64,000 nt of DNA from Candidatus Omnitrophota bacterium. GTDB taxonomy: Bacteria > Omnitrophota > Gorgyraeia > Gygaellales > Profunditerraquicolaceae. Where the stretch lies: the NCBI GenBank assembly GCA_043800555.1, contig JAZDMX010000007.1, positions 26,683-90,682 on the forward strand, in the 5' to 3' direction. The notes below the pieces were generated by a model. The model made no database searches. It was not told the origin of the DNA and saw only the letters and a list, made by a program, of their open reading frames with translations. How positions within the stretch are numbered: the stretch's first letter is position 1; each line of letters begins with the position of its first letter. The translations under genes were made by a program, and so were the position numbers. This document shows positions 41,807-52,955 of the stretch, piece after piece.

Positions 41807-43716
41807 TCCCAGGTCTCCAGCACCTTAAGCGCCTTACTCCTTAACTGCCTGTTCCAAAAAAACCTTCTCTTGCTCAAAATCGCCAAATAATCCCGGGCCT
41901 TTCTTGCGTTTAATTCTTCCACAACCAGGATATTTTCTAAAATCAACCGGTTCTTCAGTCCCCACGGGCTGGGAATGCCCAAAAGGATACCCGCTGCCCT
42001 TTGGAGAGCGGCTTCGTCTTTAAGTAAAACCGCCAACGCCTCTTTCTTTAAAATTGTGTTTTCCCCTTTAAGTATGGAAAACAGGAATTCCGAATCAAAA
42101 ATCTTGCTTGAACGCATCCCCCTTAGCACTTCAATCTTAATCAAGTCGTTGCCAAAAAAGAATATTTCTTTTAAAACCGCCGAAGAAACCCCTAAATCGA
42201 TACGGCTTACTATTCTTATGATCCGGCCTAAGAATTCAAAGTCGGAATATTTCTCCTTCAAACGCTCGTAGAATACGCCCATTTGCGAAGGAAAAAACTT
42301 CAAGAATAGCTTTACTCCGCATACGCTCGGGTTCTTTTCTTCAAATATCCTATCGAGGTAGGAAGCGGCCGGTTTGGAAATATTTTCTAAATTTTCGGCT
42401 AAATATTCCAATTCCCCGGATGGCTCTGCCTCCCAAATGCAATCCTCAACTAGCCGGGAAATATGCGCCCGGGCATTCTCCGCAAGGTCCCGGGGCATTC
42501 CCCACTTATATTGCTTCAAGGTAATTGATAAATCCTTCAAGAACCCGAAATCTTTCTCCTTAGCCAGATCATCCCATTCATTATCCAGCCTTTTTAGGAT
42601 AAGCGAGAGGTGTTCCGGGGTCTCCTCCTGCGATAATAAATCAAGGATAATCATGCGGTAATTGACGCGAAGCTGCCGGCGGTCAAAGAGAAAGCTTCCC
42701 GTTGGAGAAATGTCTCTGGTCAAGGCAATAAGGGCGCTACGGTAAGTATCCGGGATCATCCCCTCATCCGAGCCGGATAATAAATCCGTTATCCTTTTAA
42801 GCATCGCGGGGTTATTCTTTAATCCTGCTTTAGCCTCTGCGTTATTTGCCAACCCCGAGGCAATTCTCTCCGTATGAGCCTCACCGGCAAGCCGGGAAAA
42901 TAACCCAAGGTTCAAAATATTTAGCTTACCGCTTGCTAACTGGGAGGAAATGGCGTCGGAAAGGTCTTTATCGTCAAAATTCCTGAATATCTCTTGCAAT
43001 TTCCCGATGTTTTCGGCGTTAACCTGGGTAGCGGAATTGATTATTAATCCGGAGAGCTCCCGGGAACACTCGGAGAATTTACCTTTATCCCTGTTTTTTA
43101 AATGCCCGAGGAAAGCAGACATATTACCCCTTAACTTATCATCCTCGACAATATCTTTAACGCTAAGGTTATTGACCCCCTTTATGAAATTAACCGCAAA
43201 TTCGGTAATTTTCCGTTCATCCCGGCCTTCCATTGTATGCTGAAACATATACAGCCAGACATCCTTGACATCTTCTCCCTGCGAGCCTAATAATGCCGAA
43301 TAATCCAGGTCTTCAACAAAGATATGCTGGATTCTTTCTTTTCTCAATAATCCGCCTAGGCCTCCGGACCTTATTATTTCTTTAGGCTGTAAAGACAATA
43401 TGCTTAAGAAATCCGCCAGCTCTTCGGCGGTTAGGGCCGGCTTGAACTCTATGCTTTTAATCTTACGCTGGTGCAATGTGCGGGCCAACTCTAAAGAAAA
43501 GGCGACCTTTTCCACAACTTTCCCGTCTAGAAACAATGATTCAGAAGATACGCCTACTCTTACGGAATTTAAGAAGTTAAATACTTGGTCTATTTTATCT
43601 TTAAAGTCTTGGGCGGTTTTCAGGAAGAATGGGTGCTGGCGGGAATAGGCCAGGGAGTTATTGATGGCAGCGCGCAGACCGTTTAGGAATTCAATCAGGG
43701 CCTCTTCTTTGTTCAT
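41803..43716 (-). CDS. Large (637 aa) predominantly alpha-helical hypothetical protein sharing its N-terminal domain with the downstream HD-GYP protein
   Basis: Long uninterrupted ORF with a 4-nt ATGA overlap to the HD-GYP gene. N-terminus LIEFLNGLRAAINNSLAYSRQHPFFLKTAQDF...ELADFLSILSL parallels FKDFLTCLQMAKLYGASHPIVLKSAEKAY...ELNKFIEFLAL of the HD-GYP protein. Confidence 0.6.
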   Translation of the reverse strand: MNKEEALIEFLNGLRAAINNSLAYSRQHPFFLKTAQDFKDKIDQVFNFLNSVRVGVSSESLFLDGKVVEKVAFSLELARTLHQRKIKSIEFKPALTAEELADFLSILSLQPKEIIRSGGLGGLLRKERIQHIFVEDLDYSALLGSQGEDVKDVWLYMFQHTMEGRDERKITEFAVNFIKGVNNLSVKDIVEDDKLRGNMSAFLGHLKNRDKGKFSECSRELSGLIINSATQVNAENIGKLQEIFRNFDDKDLSDAISSQLASGKLNILNLGLFSRLAGEAHTERIASGLANNAEAKAGLKNNPAMLKRITDLLSGSDEGMIPDTYRSALIALTRDISPTGSFLFDRRQLRVNYRMIILDLLSQEETPEHLSLILKRLDNEWDDLAKEKDFGFLKDLSITLKQYKWGMPRDLAENARAHISRLVEDCIWEAEPSGELEYLAENLENISKPAASYLDRIFEEKNPSVCGVKLFLKFFPSQMGVFYERLKEKYSDFEFLGRIIRIVSRIDLGVSSAVLKEIFFFGNDLIKIEVLRGMRSSKIFDSEFLFSILKGENTILKKEALAVLLKDEAALQRAAGILLGIPSPWGLKNRLILENILVVEELNARKARDYLAILSKRRFFWNRQLRSKALKVLETWE

Positions 43717-43800
43717 CGAATTTTTATTTTACTCCTAAAACCGCAAAGTTCAACAAGAAAATCTCTAATCTCTAATGCGCTAGCAAGATAAGAAAGGAAG

Positions 43801-43857
43801 ATGGGGACGTTTCTACTTTTCCCGGCCTGGTTACCAGAAAAGTAGAAACGTCCCCAT
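43801..43857 (-). terminator. Strong hairpin (20-bp perfect stem, 17-nt loop) terminating the atp operon
   Basis: ATGGGGACGTTTCTACTTTT-cccggcctggttaccag-AAAAGTAGAAACGTCCCCAT. U-rich flank on the minus strand (CUUCCUUUCUU) and TTTAT on the plus strand. Confidence 0.6.
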
Positions 43858-43873
43858 TTTATACCACTCCTGT

Positions 43874-44124
43874 TTAGAACAAGAGCACGGTGGCCTTGTT
43901 CCTGACAACCTCAATAAAGCCTTTTCCGTTATTGTTGATTACCGTTTCTTTTCCCTGATTATCCCTGTAAGTTATCCTGCCGCAAGCTAAACTCGCGATT
44001 AAGGGGGCATGATCTGCTAAAACGCCTAAATATCCTAATGCCGCCGGGACCACCAAAGAGCAAACCTCGCCCGTAAATATCGTCTTTTCCGGCATCAATA
44101 TATCAAGCTCAAAGATTTTCTCCA

Positions 44125-44125
<1 letters not shown>
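43874..44125 (-). CDS. atpC: F1 ATP synthase epsilon subunit, truncated form (beta-sandwich only, 83 aa)
   Basis: ...TIFTGEVCSLVVPAALGYLGVLADHAPLIASL...GKGFIEV is the epsilon N-terminal domain. No C-terminal helical hairpin. Overlaps the atpD stop. Confidence 0.75.
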
Positions 44126-45540
<1,415 letters not shown>

Positions 45541-45572
45541 TTAACTTAAGGGTGGCGCCATGGCTATTCCAA

Positions 45573-46427
45573 TCACCCCTTTAAGGCTTCTGAAGAAGAA
45601 ATAATCTCCATTATCTCCTGCGTAATATTTGCCTGACGCACTTTGTTCCTTAATAAAATCAAGCCCTGCAATAAATCTTTGGCATTATCCGTTGCCGCCT
45701 TCATTGCTACTGTCCTGCTTGAATGCTCCACGGTAAAAGCTTCCAAAAGAATCATTTTCAATTTCATAAAAACGTATTCGGGGATTATTTCGTTTAATAT
45801 AGCCCCTTTCTCCGGCTCCAGGATATAACTGGTTTTAGCCTCAAAGGGGCAATCTATATTAAGGAACTTTTCCAATCTTTGCTCGTGTATCAAAGCCGTC
45901 TTGAAATGCGTATAGGCTATATGCACCTGGGAAACCCGTCCGGAAATAAAGATTGCTTTAAGGTTGTTTGATATTGCGCTGGAAACCTTCTCGGAATAAC
46001 GGCCGTTTAAGCCTACATAGGCATTCAACACATTAAAGTTATTCTTTTTAAAATAGTTGAACCCTTTTCTGCCCACGCAAACCAAATCCATCTTTTCTTT
46101 CCCCCGGGAATTACAGAAATTCTCAGCCGTGCGGATAATTTCGTTATTATACACGCCGCACAAACCGCTATCCGAAGTAATTATACAAAGGCATGTCCTA
46201 TCGGAATTACTTTTCGCTTCAAGAAACGGATGGGCTGACTGCGGCAGGTTTCCGATAAGGTGATTCATAATAGCTTCGAGGCCATTGACAAAAGGCCTTA
46301 TGGCAATCAGGGATTTCTCGGTCTTATTCAACTTTGCTACCGAGACCATTTCCATGGCAGCGGTAACCTTCTCGGTATTCTCGGTGCTACGGATCCTGTT
46401 TTTTATGGTTTTCAGGGACTGGATCAT
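45573..46427 (-). CDS. atpG: F1 ATP synthase gamma subunit
   Basis: [27 protein letters not shown]-terminus and conserved C-terminal helix ...[13 protein letters not shown]. Confidence 0.85.
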   Translation of the reverse strand: MIQSLKTIKNRIRSTENTEKVTAAMEMVSVAKLNKTEKSLIAIRPFVNGLEAIMNHLIGNLPQSAHPFLEAKSNSDRTCLCIITSDSGLCGVYNNEIIRTAENFCNSRGKEKMDLVCVGRKGFNYFKKNNFNVLNAYVGLNGRYSEKVSSAISNNLKAIFISGRVSQVHIAYTHFKTALIHEQRLEKFLNIDCPFEAKTSYILEPEKGAILNEIIPEYVFMKLKMILLEAFTVEHSSRTVAMKAATDNAKDLLQGLILLRNKVRQANITQEIMEIISSSEALKG

Positions 46428-47953
46428 AACTTATTCTCTTTCTTAAATTCATCTCTGCAAGCTAAAATCAAAGCGTCCATTTTCTCCATAAGCGCCTCGC
46501 TAAGCTCTTTCCTGGATTCTATTTCGCTTAAGACTTCGGAATGCCTGCTGTCTATATACCCTAATAACTGCCCTTCGAATTTCTTTATTAATTTTACCGG
46601 AAGTTCATCCAGGAAACCGCGGGTGGCGCAATAAATGACCATTACTTGTTTTGATACCGGAAGCGGGTTATACTGGTCCTGTTTCAAGATCTCCACCACC
46701 CTTTCGCCCCGGACAAGCTGGGCTTGAGTTGACTTATCCAGCTCCGTTCCAAACTGGGTGAATGTCACCAACTCCCTATACTGCGCTAAATCCAGCCTAA
46801 GTTTTGCGGCAACCTGGCGCATTGCTTTAACTTGGGCCTTTCCTCCAACTCTTGAAACCGATAGCCCCACGTTGATGGCCGGACGGACTCCGGCGTAAAA
46901 AAGGTCATTCTCCAGGTAAATCTGCCCGTCGGTAATAGAGATGACGTTAGTGGGAATATAGCTGGTAATGTCTCCTGCCTGGGTTTCGATTATCGGAATT
47001 GCCGTAAGCGAACCTGCCCCCAGCTCATTATTCAATTTAGCGGCCCGCTCTAAAAGGCGGGAATGTAAATAAAACACATCTCCCGGATAAGCCTCTCTTC
47101 CCGGGGGCCTCCTTAAAAGCAAAGAAAGCTGCCGGTAAGCCTGGGCATGTTTTGTCAAATCATCATAAATAATTAAAACGTGTTTTCCGGAATATAGAAA
47201 CTCTTCGCCCATAGCGCACGCCGAATAAGGGGCCAAGTATTGCAAAGAGGCGCTGGCGCGGCTGGAAGCGCTCACAATAGTCGTATAAGCCATAGCGTCG
47301 TATTTCTTAAGCGTTTCGGAAATACTCACTATACTAGACATCTTCTGGCCTATGGCGACATAAATACAATATACGCCCTTGTTTTTTTGATTAATTATGG
47401 TATCGACAGTAATGGCGGTCTTGCCTGTCTGGCGGTCGGCGATGATTAATTCCCGCTGGCCGCGGCCGATAGGCGTAAGCGCATCAATCGCCTTTATGCC
47501 TGTCTCAAGAGATTCGGTTACGGGCTGGCGCTCTACTACGTTCGGGGCTTGGGATTCTATGGGGCGGAATTTAACCGCGTTAAGCGGCCCCTTGCCGTCA
47601 ATGGGCTTTCCCAAAGCGTTAACCACCCGGCCGACTAACTCCGGCCCAACCGGAACTTGCACGATTTTACCCGTCCTCTTTACAATATCGCCCTCCTTGA
47701 TATCTTTGTCCGGGTTATCCGTGCCAAAAATTACAACACCCACGCTTTCCTCTTCAAGATTCAAAACCATGCCCATAACGCTTCCGGAGAATTGAACCAG
47801 TTCCCCAACCATTACATCATCCAAGCCATGGATACGGGCAATAGTGTCTCCGACCTGGATAACTGTTCCGATAGATTCCGAACGTATCCTCGATTTGTAT
47901 CGTTCCAGTTCATGGCGGATAACTGAACTTATTTCTTCCGGTTTTAGCGTCAT
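46424..47953 (-). CDS. atpA: F1 ATP synthase alpha subunit
   Basis: Walker A ADRQTGKT; 509 aa. Confidence 0.95.
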   Translation of the reverse strand: MTLKPEEISSVIRHELERYKSRIRSESIGTVIQVGDTIARIHGLDDVMVGELVQFSGSVMGMVLNLEEESVGVVIFGTDNPDKDIKEGDIVKRTGKIVQVPVGPELVGRVVNALGKPIDGKGPLNAVKFRPIESQAPNVVERQPVTESLETGIKAIDALTPIGRGQRELIIADRQTGKTAITVDTIINQKNKGVYCIYVAIGQKMSSIVSISETLKKYDAMAYTTIVSASSRASASLQYLAPYSACAMGEEFLYSGKHVLIIYDDLTKHAQAYRQLSLLLRRPPGREAYPGDVFYLHSRLLERAAKLNNELGAGSLTAIPIIETQAGDITSYIPTNVISITDGQIYLENDLFYAGVRPAINVGLSVSRVGGKAQVKAMRQVAAKLRLDLAQYRELVTFTQFGTELDKSTQAQLVRGERVVEILKQDQYNPLPVSKQVMVIYCATRGFLDELPVKLIKKFEGQLLGYIDSRHSEVLSEIESRKELSEALMEKMDALILACRDEFKKENKL

Positions 47954-47954
47954 A

Positions 47955-48497
47955 TTAAACCCTCACGGTCAAAAGCTTTTCCCTGAGATCACTTAATCCC
48001 CGAGCCACTGTCCCGTCAATTATGGTATTGCCGATAATAACCTGCACGCCCCCGAGCATGCTGCCGTCCAAATCTATATAGAACCTAAAACTCCGGTTAA
48101 ACTTCTTTTCCAGTCTTTCTTTTATCTCTTTCACCAAGTCCAAATCCAGCGGGAAACTTGTCCTGAGGATAGCTTCGGTCTCTCCCAGGTGCGCATACGC
48201 CACTCTTACGTAATCGGCGATATCGTGTAGCTTGTCAATGCGGTTCTTCTGAATGAGAAGTTTTAGAAACTGGCGGAATTCCGGAGAATAATCCTGCCCT
48301 AAAACTTTATCAATGAAATCAACCTTCTCGTTTTCCGAAAGCTCAAAGCTCCCCAAGAGCTGTTTAAATTCCGGATTAGCCTGCATAAGTAGCTTCAAGG
48401 TCTTAAATTCCTCCGCCGCCCTTTCAAGGCCGATCGTCTCTTTAGCAAAATCCATAAACGCCTCGGAGTATCTTTTTACTACGATTATTTCTCTCAT
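47955..48497 (-). CDS. atpH: F1 ATP synthase delta (OSCP) subunit
   Basis: 180 aa, helical N-terminal domain, in the atpF-atpH-atpA position. Confidence 0.75.
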   Translation of the reverse strand: MREIIVVKRYSEAFMDFAKETIGLERAAEEFKTLKLLMQANPEFKQLLGSFELSENEKVDFIDKVLGQDYSPEFRQFLKLLIQKNRIDKLHDIADYVRVAYAHLGETEAILRTSFPLDLDLVKEIKERLEKKFNRSFRFYIDLDGSMLGGVQVIIGNTIIDGTVARGLSDLREKLLTVRV

Positions 48498-48508
48498 TTT
48501 GCTTAAAA

Positions 48509-49003
48509 CTAAAGCTTATCTACCTCATCCAGAAAATCTCGCACCAGTTTCCTGTCCCCTGTTTCGGTAAGCTTCTCCTTTATTATGTTTTCGGAGGCCT
48601 TAATGGTCAAATCAACAATCTCATTCCTAAGCTCATCCTTGGCCCGGGTTAACTCGTATTTAATATTTTCTTTAGCGCTATCGATGATCTCCTGGGCTTG
48701 TATATGGGCGTCTTTACGAGCATCCTCTAAGATTACTCTTGACTCATTAACGGCATCGTGGATTTTGCGTTTGGCGACCTGTTCAATAGAAACAAGCTTG
48801 GCGTCATAATCCAGCCGGATCCTATCGATGTCATCCCGGGCTTCTTCTATTTTCTTGAATTCAGAGGCAATCCTTTCTTTGCGCTGATCCAGGAAACCAA
48901 GCACCTTCTTCCAGGCAAAGGCCCTAAGCAAGGCCAACAGGATCAAAAACCCTATTATCTGGGCGACAATTTCATTAGTGCTTAAAAGCTTGAGCAATTC
49001 CAT
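48509..49003 (-). CDS. atpF: Fo ATP synthase b subunit
   Basis: Single N-terminal TM helix (IIGFLILLALL) then a long charged coiled coil. Start moved to the ATG at 49003 (MELLKLL..., preceded by GGGGGGT). The ORF-track N-terminal 18 aa are translated from repeat copy C. Confidence 0.75.
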   Translation of the reverse strand: MELLKLLSTNEIVAQIIGFLILLALLRAFAWKKVLGFLDQRKERIASEFKKIEEARDDIDRIRLDYDAKLVSIEQVAKRKIHDAVNESRVILEDARKDAHIQAQEIIDSAKENIKYELTRAKDELRNEIVDLTIKASENIIKEKLTETGDRKLVRDFLDEVDKL

Positions 49004-49015
49004 CTTACCCCCCAG

Positions 49016-49071
49016 ATTCCAATGCGGGTTTGGAACAAGCAATAAAACCAGTTCCAAACCCGCATTGGAAT
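49016..49071. repeat. Palindromic intergenic repeat, copy C
   Basis: ATTCCAATGCGGGTTTGGAAC-aagcaataaaacca-GTTCCAAACCCGCATTGGAAT, between atpE and atpF. Confidence 0.8.
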
Positions 49072-49088
49072 TGGTTAAGACTCACAAA

Positions 49089-49319
49089 TTATAATTTTCC
49101 TGCTAACACAAACGCAAAAACCAGCGCGTAAATAGTCAAGGCCTCAATAAAAGCGCAACCGGTTGCCATGTTAATCAATATCTTAGTTGCCGCTTCCGGT
49201 TGCCTTCCAGTTGCTTCCATAGCCGAAGCAACTGCTTTGCCTAAGCCTAATCCTGAGCCAAACGCGGCCAAACCTAAACCTAAAGGCAATGCTAAAGCTA
49301 ATGCTACCTTATAATCCAT
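49089..49319 (-). CDS. atpE: Fo ATP synthase c subunit
   Basis: 76 aa, two TM helices, GxGxGxG loop motif (LGLGLAAFGSGLGLGKA) and conserved carboxylate helix (CAFIEALTIYALVFAF). Confidence 0.85.
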   Translation of the reverse strand: MDYKVALALALPLGLGLAAFGSGLGLGKAVASAMEATGRQPEAATKILINMATGCAFIEALTIYALVFAFVLAGKL

Positions 49320-49447
49320 TTTTTCCTCCTCAATTTTCCTGTAGTTTTCCCAAAAGATTAACCCCGGGCGCCCGATCTCCCCTGTCAGGCCCGATGAATA
49401 CTTTTCATTACCTTATCCCAAAAACTGGCCCCGAGGCCCCAGCTAAT

Positions 49448-50233
49448 TTAATGCCGGATAAGGGATTTCTCTTCTTTATCTTCGCCTTCGTGAGTTAAAA
49501 CGAGGGCAAAATATATGGTTGTTAAAAGGCTAAAAACTACTGCCTGGATTACTCCGGCTAATATCGCTAATAAAGCGCTAAACACTAATAACGGCACGCC
49601 TGCCAAGCCAAATCCGGCCAAGACGGATAAAAGCATATCGTCGCCCCAGATATTGCTGCGCAAACGTAAAGACAGGCTTATGGGCCTGACTAATTCCGAA
49701 ACAATGTGCAAAAAGAACATCATAGCCGGGACAAAAACCGAAAAAGCCAATATCCCCCGGGGCCTGCCCATCATATGGTCCAGGTAACCTAAAAACCCAA
49801 GTTCCTTAAAAGCGGTGTATTGCACGTAAATAAAAACGCAAATGGCCAAGGCCAAAGTAGTCGACCAGCTGGCGGTAGGAGACTTCATGAAAGGAATTAT
49901 TCCGAAAAGATTCATAAATATTATGTATATAAAAAGCGTGCCGATAAAAGGGGTATACCTTCTTGCCTTTGGCCCCAGTATCCCGCAAACAAAATCATCC
50001 AGGCCTCCGACAACTACCTCTACTGCGCTCTGAAGCCTTCCCGGAACCATTTTCTGTTTTCGCGATGCCAGGTATACGATCAAAGTAATAATAAAAACGG
50101 CAATAAGAGAGAATAAAACATTCTCCCAGAGATAAATTTGCTCCCCTAAATGGGTTTTTTTGCCGATTAATCCGGCTAATAATGAAACTAGATTCGGCAG
50201 TTCATGTTGGGCTTGTGCTGCTTCGACGGCCAT
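49448..50233 (-). CDS. atpB: Fo ATP synthase a subunit
   Basis: Polytopic; conserved Arg-containing helix LSLSLRLRSNIWGDDML. Position between atpI and atpE. Confidence 0.8.
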   Translation of the reverse strand: MAVEAAQAQHELPNLVSLLAGLIGKKTHLGEQIYLWENVLFSLIAVFIITLIVYLASRKQKMVPGRLQSAVEVVVGGLDDFVCGILGPKARRYTPFIGTLFIYIIFMNLFGIIPFMKSPTASWSTTLALAICVFIYVQYTAFKELGFLGYLDHMMGRPRGILAFSVFVPAMMFFLHIVSELVRPISLSLRLRSNIWGDDMLLSVLAGFGLAGVPLLVFSALLAILAGVIQAVVFSLLTTIYFALVLTHEGEDKEEKSLIRH

Positions 50234-50568
50234 ATTCCGGATACCCCCAAGACCAATATCACCAGAGACATTCCTGTTAATAAGCTCGCAACAGGAAGAA
50301 TATTCCAGGTGATGACCAAAAAACCCAATAAATATAATACCGGGAATTTGATCAAAAGCAATAATAAAAGCTTGTTCTTCGCCCGTTTGAGCACGGCTAT
50401 TTCCAATAAATTTATAGTGAGCAGGAAATTTGCCATTAACCAGCTGGCCCCAACGAGAATCCCGGCGCTAAAGGCAAAATTATGCCTAACCCCGAAAATT
50501 AAAGCAAGGCTAAATACCGCGATAACGCTTATATTTATAGGCCTATCCAGCCTCTGGCGCATCAGCAT
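50188..50568 (-). CDS. atpI: ATP synthase protein I (AtpI)-like small membrane protein
   Basis: 126 aa, four predicted TM helices, immediately upstream of and overlapping atpB. Confidence 0.5.
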   Translation of the reverse strand: MLMRQRLDRPINISVIAVFSLALIFGVRHNFAFSAGILVGASWLMANFLLTINLLEIAVLKRAKNKLLLLLLIKFPVLYLLGFLVITWNILPVASLLTGMSLVILVLGVSGIWPSKQHKPNMNCRI

Positions 50569-50804
50569 TCTTTTTTATCTATCCGGCTAACCAGCCTGAT
50601 TATCCTTATCGACTCCCTTATTCCTACCACGATGCCTATTGCGATACAGATAACGAGAGCATAAAAAGGCAGGTTGAATTTCTTTTGCAGATAATCGCCT
50701 AAGAAAAAACCGGACAAAGGAGAAACTGCCAGTATTATGGGAATGTACGAAATCATCCCCGCGATCTTAATCCTTTTATATAGATCCTGCCGGCTAGTTG
50801 CCAT
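50562..50804 (-). CDS. atpZ: AtpZ-like small membrane protein (putative Fo-associated subunit)
   Basis: 80 aa, two TM helices, first gene of the atp operon. Confidence 0.45.
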   Translation of the reverse strand: MATSRQDLYKRIKIAGMISYIPIILAVSPLSGFFLGDYLQKKFNLPFYALVICIAIGIVVGIRESIRIIRLVSRIDKKEC

Positions 50805-50871
50805 AAACTTAAAAATGGCGCCTGCACCCTTTTAAAAAGAGCCGAGGACGCCACTGTCCGATACTGGTAAT

Positions 50872-50899
50872 ATTCTATCTCCTATTTACCGCTTGTCAA
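50872..50899 (-). promoter_or_regulatory. Sigma70-like promoter candidate for the atp operon (TTGACA-16 bp-TAGAAT on the minus strand)
   Basis: Minus-strand reading CTTGACAAGCGGTAAATAGGAGATAGAATATT lies about 70 nt upstream of the atpZ ATG. Confidence 0.35.
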
Positions 50900-50901
50900 G
50901 G

Positions 50902-52881
50902 CTAAACTCTTATCGGCAATACGACAAAAGGTATTCCCTCCCTGTATAATTTTTTCTGCATGGCAAAAACCGTATAATTATGCAGGAACCGGATAGCAAA
51001 CGAATCCTGGGGGAAAATAAGCTGGCCGCCGAAAAATACCGAGTTTGGAAAACGCTCCAGGATTCGGGGCGCGATATTGCCTACCTCCTCTACCACGTCC
51101 GTCCCTACCTCAAATACTCCTTCGGCGTAAAATCCCTGCTTATTCATGAACTTGACGTAACGGATAATATCCGATTTGGCTTCTGTCTTCAACCTGCCGA
51201 CTTCGCTTGTGCCTTTAAAGTTCCCGGCATCAACTATACCTATCTGGACAAAAACAAAGTTTTTGAAGACGCCTCCGAATAATCTTATGATGCCAAACAA
51301 GGTATGCAAGCCTATGCCGTTAAAACCGCTTACCAGTAATACCGCGGTCTTGGACTTAGGATCAGGCTTTATCTCTTTGGCTAAATTAACAGCAGGATTC
51401 AATAGGGCCTCTTCGGCTGATTCTGCCACGGTAACCAGATTATTCAATCTATGCAGGAGCTTTGCGGTTTGATAATAATGCCGCTTTACAAGAATCGCCA
51501 CCACAATCAATGACCCGGTAAAAAACAGAGTGATCCACCCTCCTTCGCCAAACTTAACTATTATCATGGACACAAGTATAAAAGCGCACAAGATAAAGCC
51601 GGTGCCGTTAATAAAAAACTTTTTTATCCAGCCTTTAACCTGGGAACGCACCTGCCACCAATGCCGCACCATACCTGCTTGAGAAAAACAAAAAGTAATA
51701 AATACATTAATGCTATATAAAACTACCAAAAGCTTTACTGAACCGCCGGTTACAACCATAATCAGTAAAGCTAAACCGCCCATAATTAATATGCCATTCT
51801 GGGTTACTAATCTATCGCTTAAAGCTGAAAACCGGTTAGGAAACCAACGGTCGTTAGCCATGTTTGCCAGGACTGCGGGACCCCCAAGGAACCCTGTCTG
51901 GGCGGCTACAAAAAGCAGGGTAGCTTCTGAGAATAAAGCGACTAAGACAAATACGTAGCCCGATTTTCCCCATCCTGCGGTAACCTGTTCAAAAAGAGTG
52001 GCGTTCAATGTCTTACCAGGTTCCAGGGTGACCTGATAAAGTAAATAAGCGATCATCAAACCCAACACTACAAAAGACAGCGATATAGCCATATAACGCA
52101 TGGTTTTTTTGGCGGTTTTTACTTTTGGTTCCCGCAAAACGCTTGTACTGTTGCTAACCGCTTCAATACCGGTAAATGTTCCCGCGCCCATACTGTATGC
52201 CTTAAGAATCAGGAAAATAGTGCCCCACAAGCCTAAACTTGAAACGGTATTATGCACTTCGCCTGCCGTAGAAGCTATCAACGCGCTTGAACCCGATGAG
52301 TGCTTAAACAAACTATAAAAAATAATAAAAACGTGGGTAACTATAAAGGTAAGGAAAATCGGGGTTAATACCAATACTGATTCTTTTATCCCGCGCATAT
52401 TCAAGACCATAAGCGCAAAGACTGCTATAACCGCGAAAAACAGCCTATACGCGTGTAGGCCCATAGGCATAAGGCTAAACAACGCGTCCGCTCCGCTGGC
52501 AACAGAAATAGCGATAGTCAAGACATAATCGATAAGCAAGGCGCATCCGGAAACCATCCCCAGCGTAGGCGATAACAGTTTACTCCCCACTAAATATCCG
52601 CCTCCGCCTCCGGGAAATAACTCAATTATCTGCGAATAACTGGTGCTAATGACAAAAATAGTGAGCACTGTGCCTAAGGCGACAAAAATGCTTAAGTAGG
52701 TATGCGTTCCTAAAGCAAGAAAGGCTTCCTGAGGCCCGTAGCAAGATGAGGATAAGCCATCCGCGCCTAAACCTATCCAGGCAAAGAAAGCTATCAGCGA
52801 TATTTTATGAAAAATCGTGGAATCCTGAGGATCCCGCGACTTTCCTATTACCAGATTCTTTATCCGTTGAATCAGAGACAT
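50902..52881 (-). CDS. APC-superfamily transporter with C-terminal cytoplasmic domain, KimA-like (putative K+/H+ symporter)
   Basis: N-terminus IQRIKNLVIGKSRDP...ISLIAFFAWIGLGADGLSSSCYGPQEAF resembles the KimA/YdaO family signature LLIGKPLK...LAMLSSDALSSVAYGTEQ. Twelve TM helices plus an about 200-aa soluble tail. Confidence 0.55.
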   Translation of the reverse strand: MSLIQRIKNLVIGKSRDPQDSTIFHKISLIAFFAWIGLGADGLSSSCYGPQEAFLALGTHTYLSIFVALGTVLTIFVISTSYSQIIELFPGGGGGYLVGSKLLSPTLGMVSGCALLIDYVLTIAISVASGADALFSLMPMGLHAYRLFFAVIAVFALMVLNMRGIKESVLVLTPIFLTFIVTHVFIIFYSLFKHSSGSSALIASTAGEVHNTVSSLGLWGTIFLILKAYSMGAGTFTGIEAVSNSTSVLREPKVKTAKKTMRYMAISLSFVVLGLMIAYLLYQVTLEPGKTLNATLFEQVTAGWGKSGYVFVLVALFSEATLLFVAAQTGFLGGPAVLANMANDRWFPNRFSALSDRLVTQNGILIMGGLALLIMVVTGGSVKLLVVLYSINVFITFCFSQAGMVRHWWQVRSQVKGWIKKFFINGTGFILCAFILVSMIIVKFGEGGWITLFFTGSLIVVAILVKRHYYQTAKLLHRLNNLVTVAESAEEALLNPAVNLAKEIKPDPKSKTAVLLVSGFNGIGLHTLFGIIRLFGGVFKNFVFVQIGIVDAGNFKGTSEVGRLKTEAKSDIIRYVKFMNKQGFYAEGVFEVGTDVVEEVGNIAPRILERFPNSVFFGGQLIFPQDSFAIRFLHNYTVFAMQKKLYREGIPFVVLPIRV

Positions 52882-52897
52882 TTGCCAAAAACCCAGC

Positions 52898-52955
52898 TAA
52901 TTCCAATGCGGGTATGGAACCGGTTTAACCGGTTCCATACCCGCATTGGAATTAG
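52898..52955. repeat. Palindromic intergenic repeat, copy D (perfect 27-bp arms)
   Basis: CTAATTCCAATGCGGGTATGGAACCGG-TTTAA-CCGGTTCCATACCCGCATTGGAATTAG. Abuts the hppA stop codon; lies upstream of the KimA-like start. Confidence 0.85.

Noticed and set aside
52882-52955. c-di-AMP (ydaO-type) riboswitch upstream of the KimA-like transporter
   Set aside because: Only 74 nt separate the hppA stop from the transporter start, and the space is fully occupied by palindromic repeat copy D. There is no room for the about 140-nt ydaO fold.
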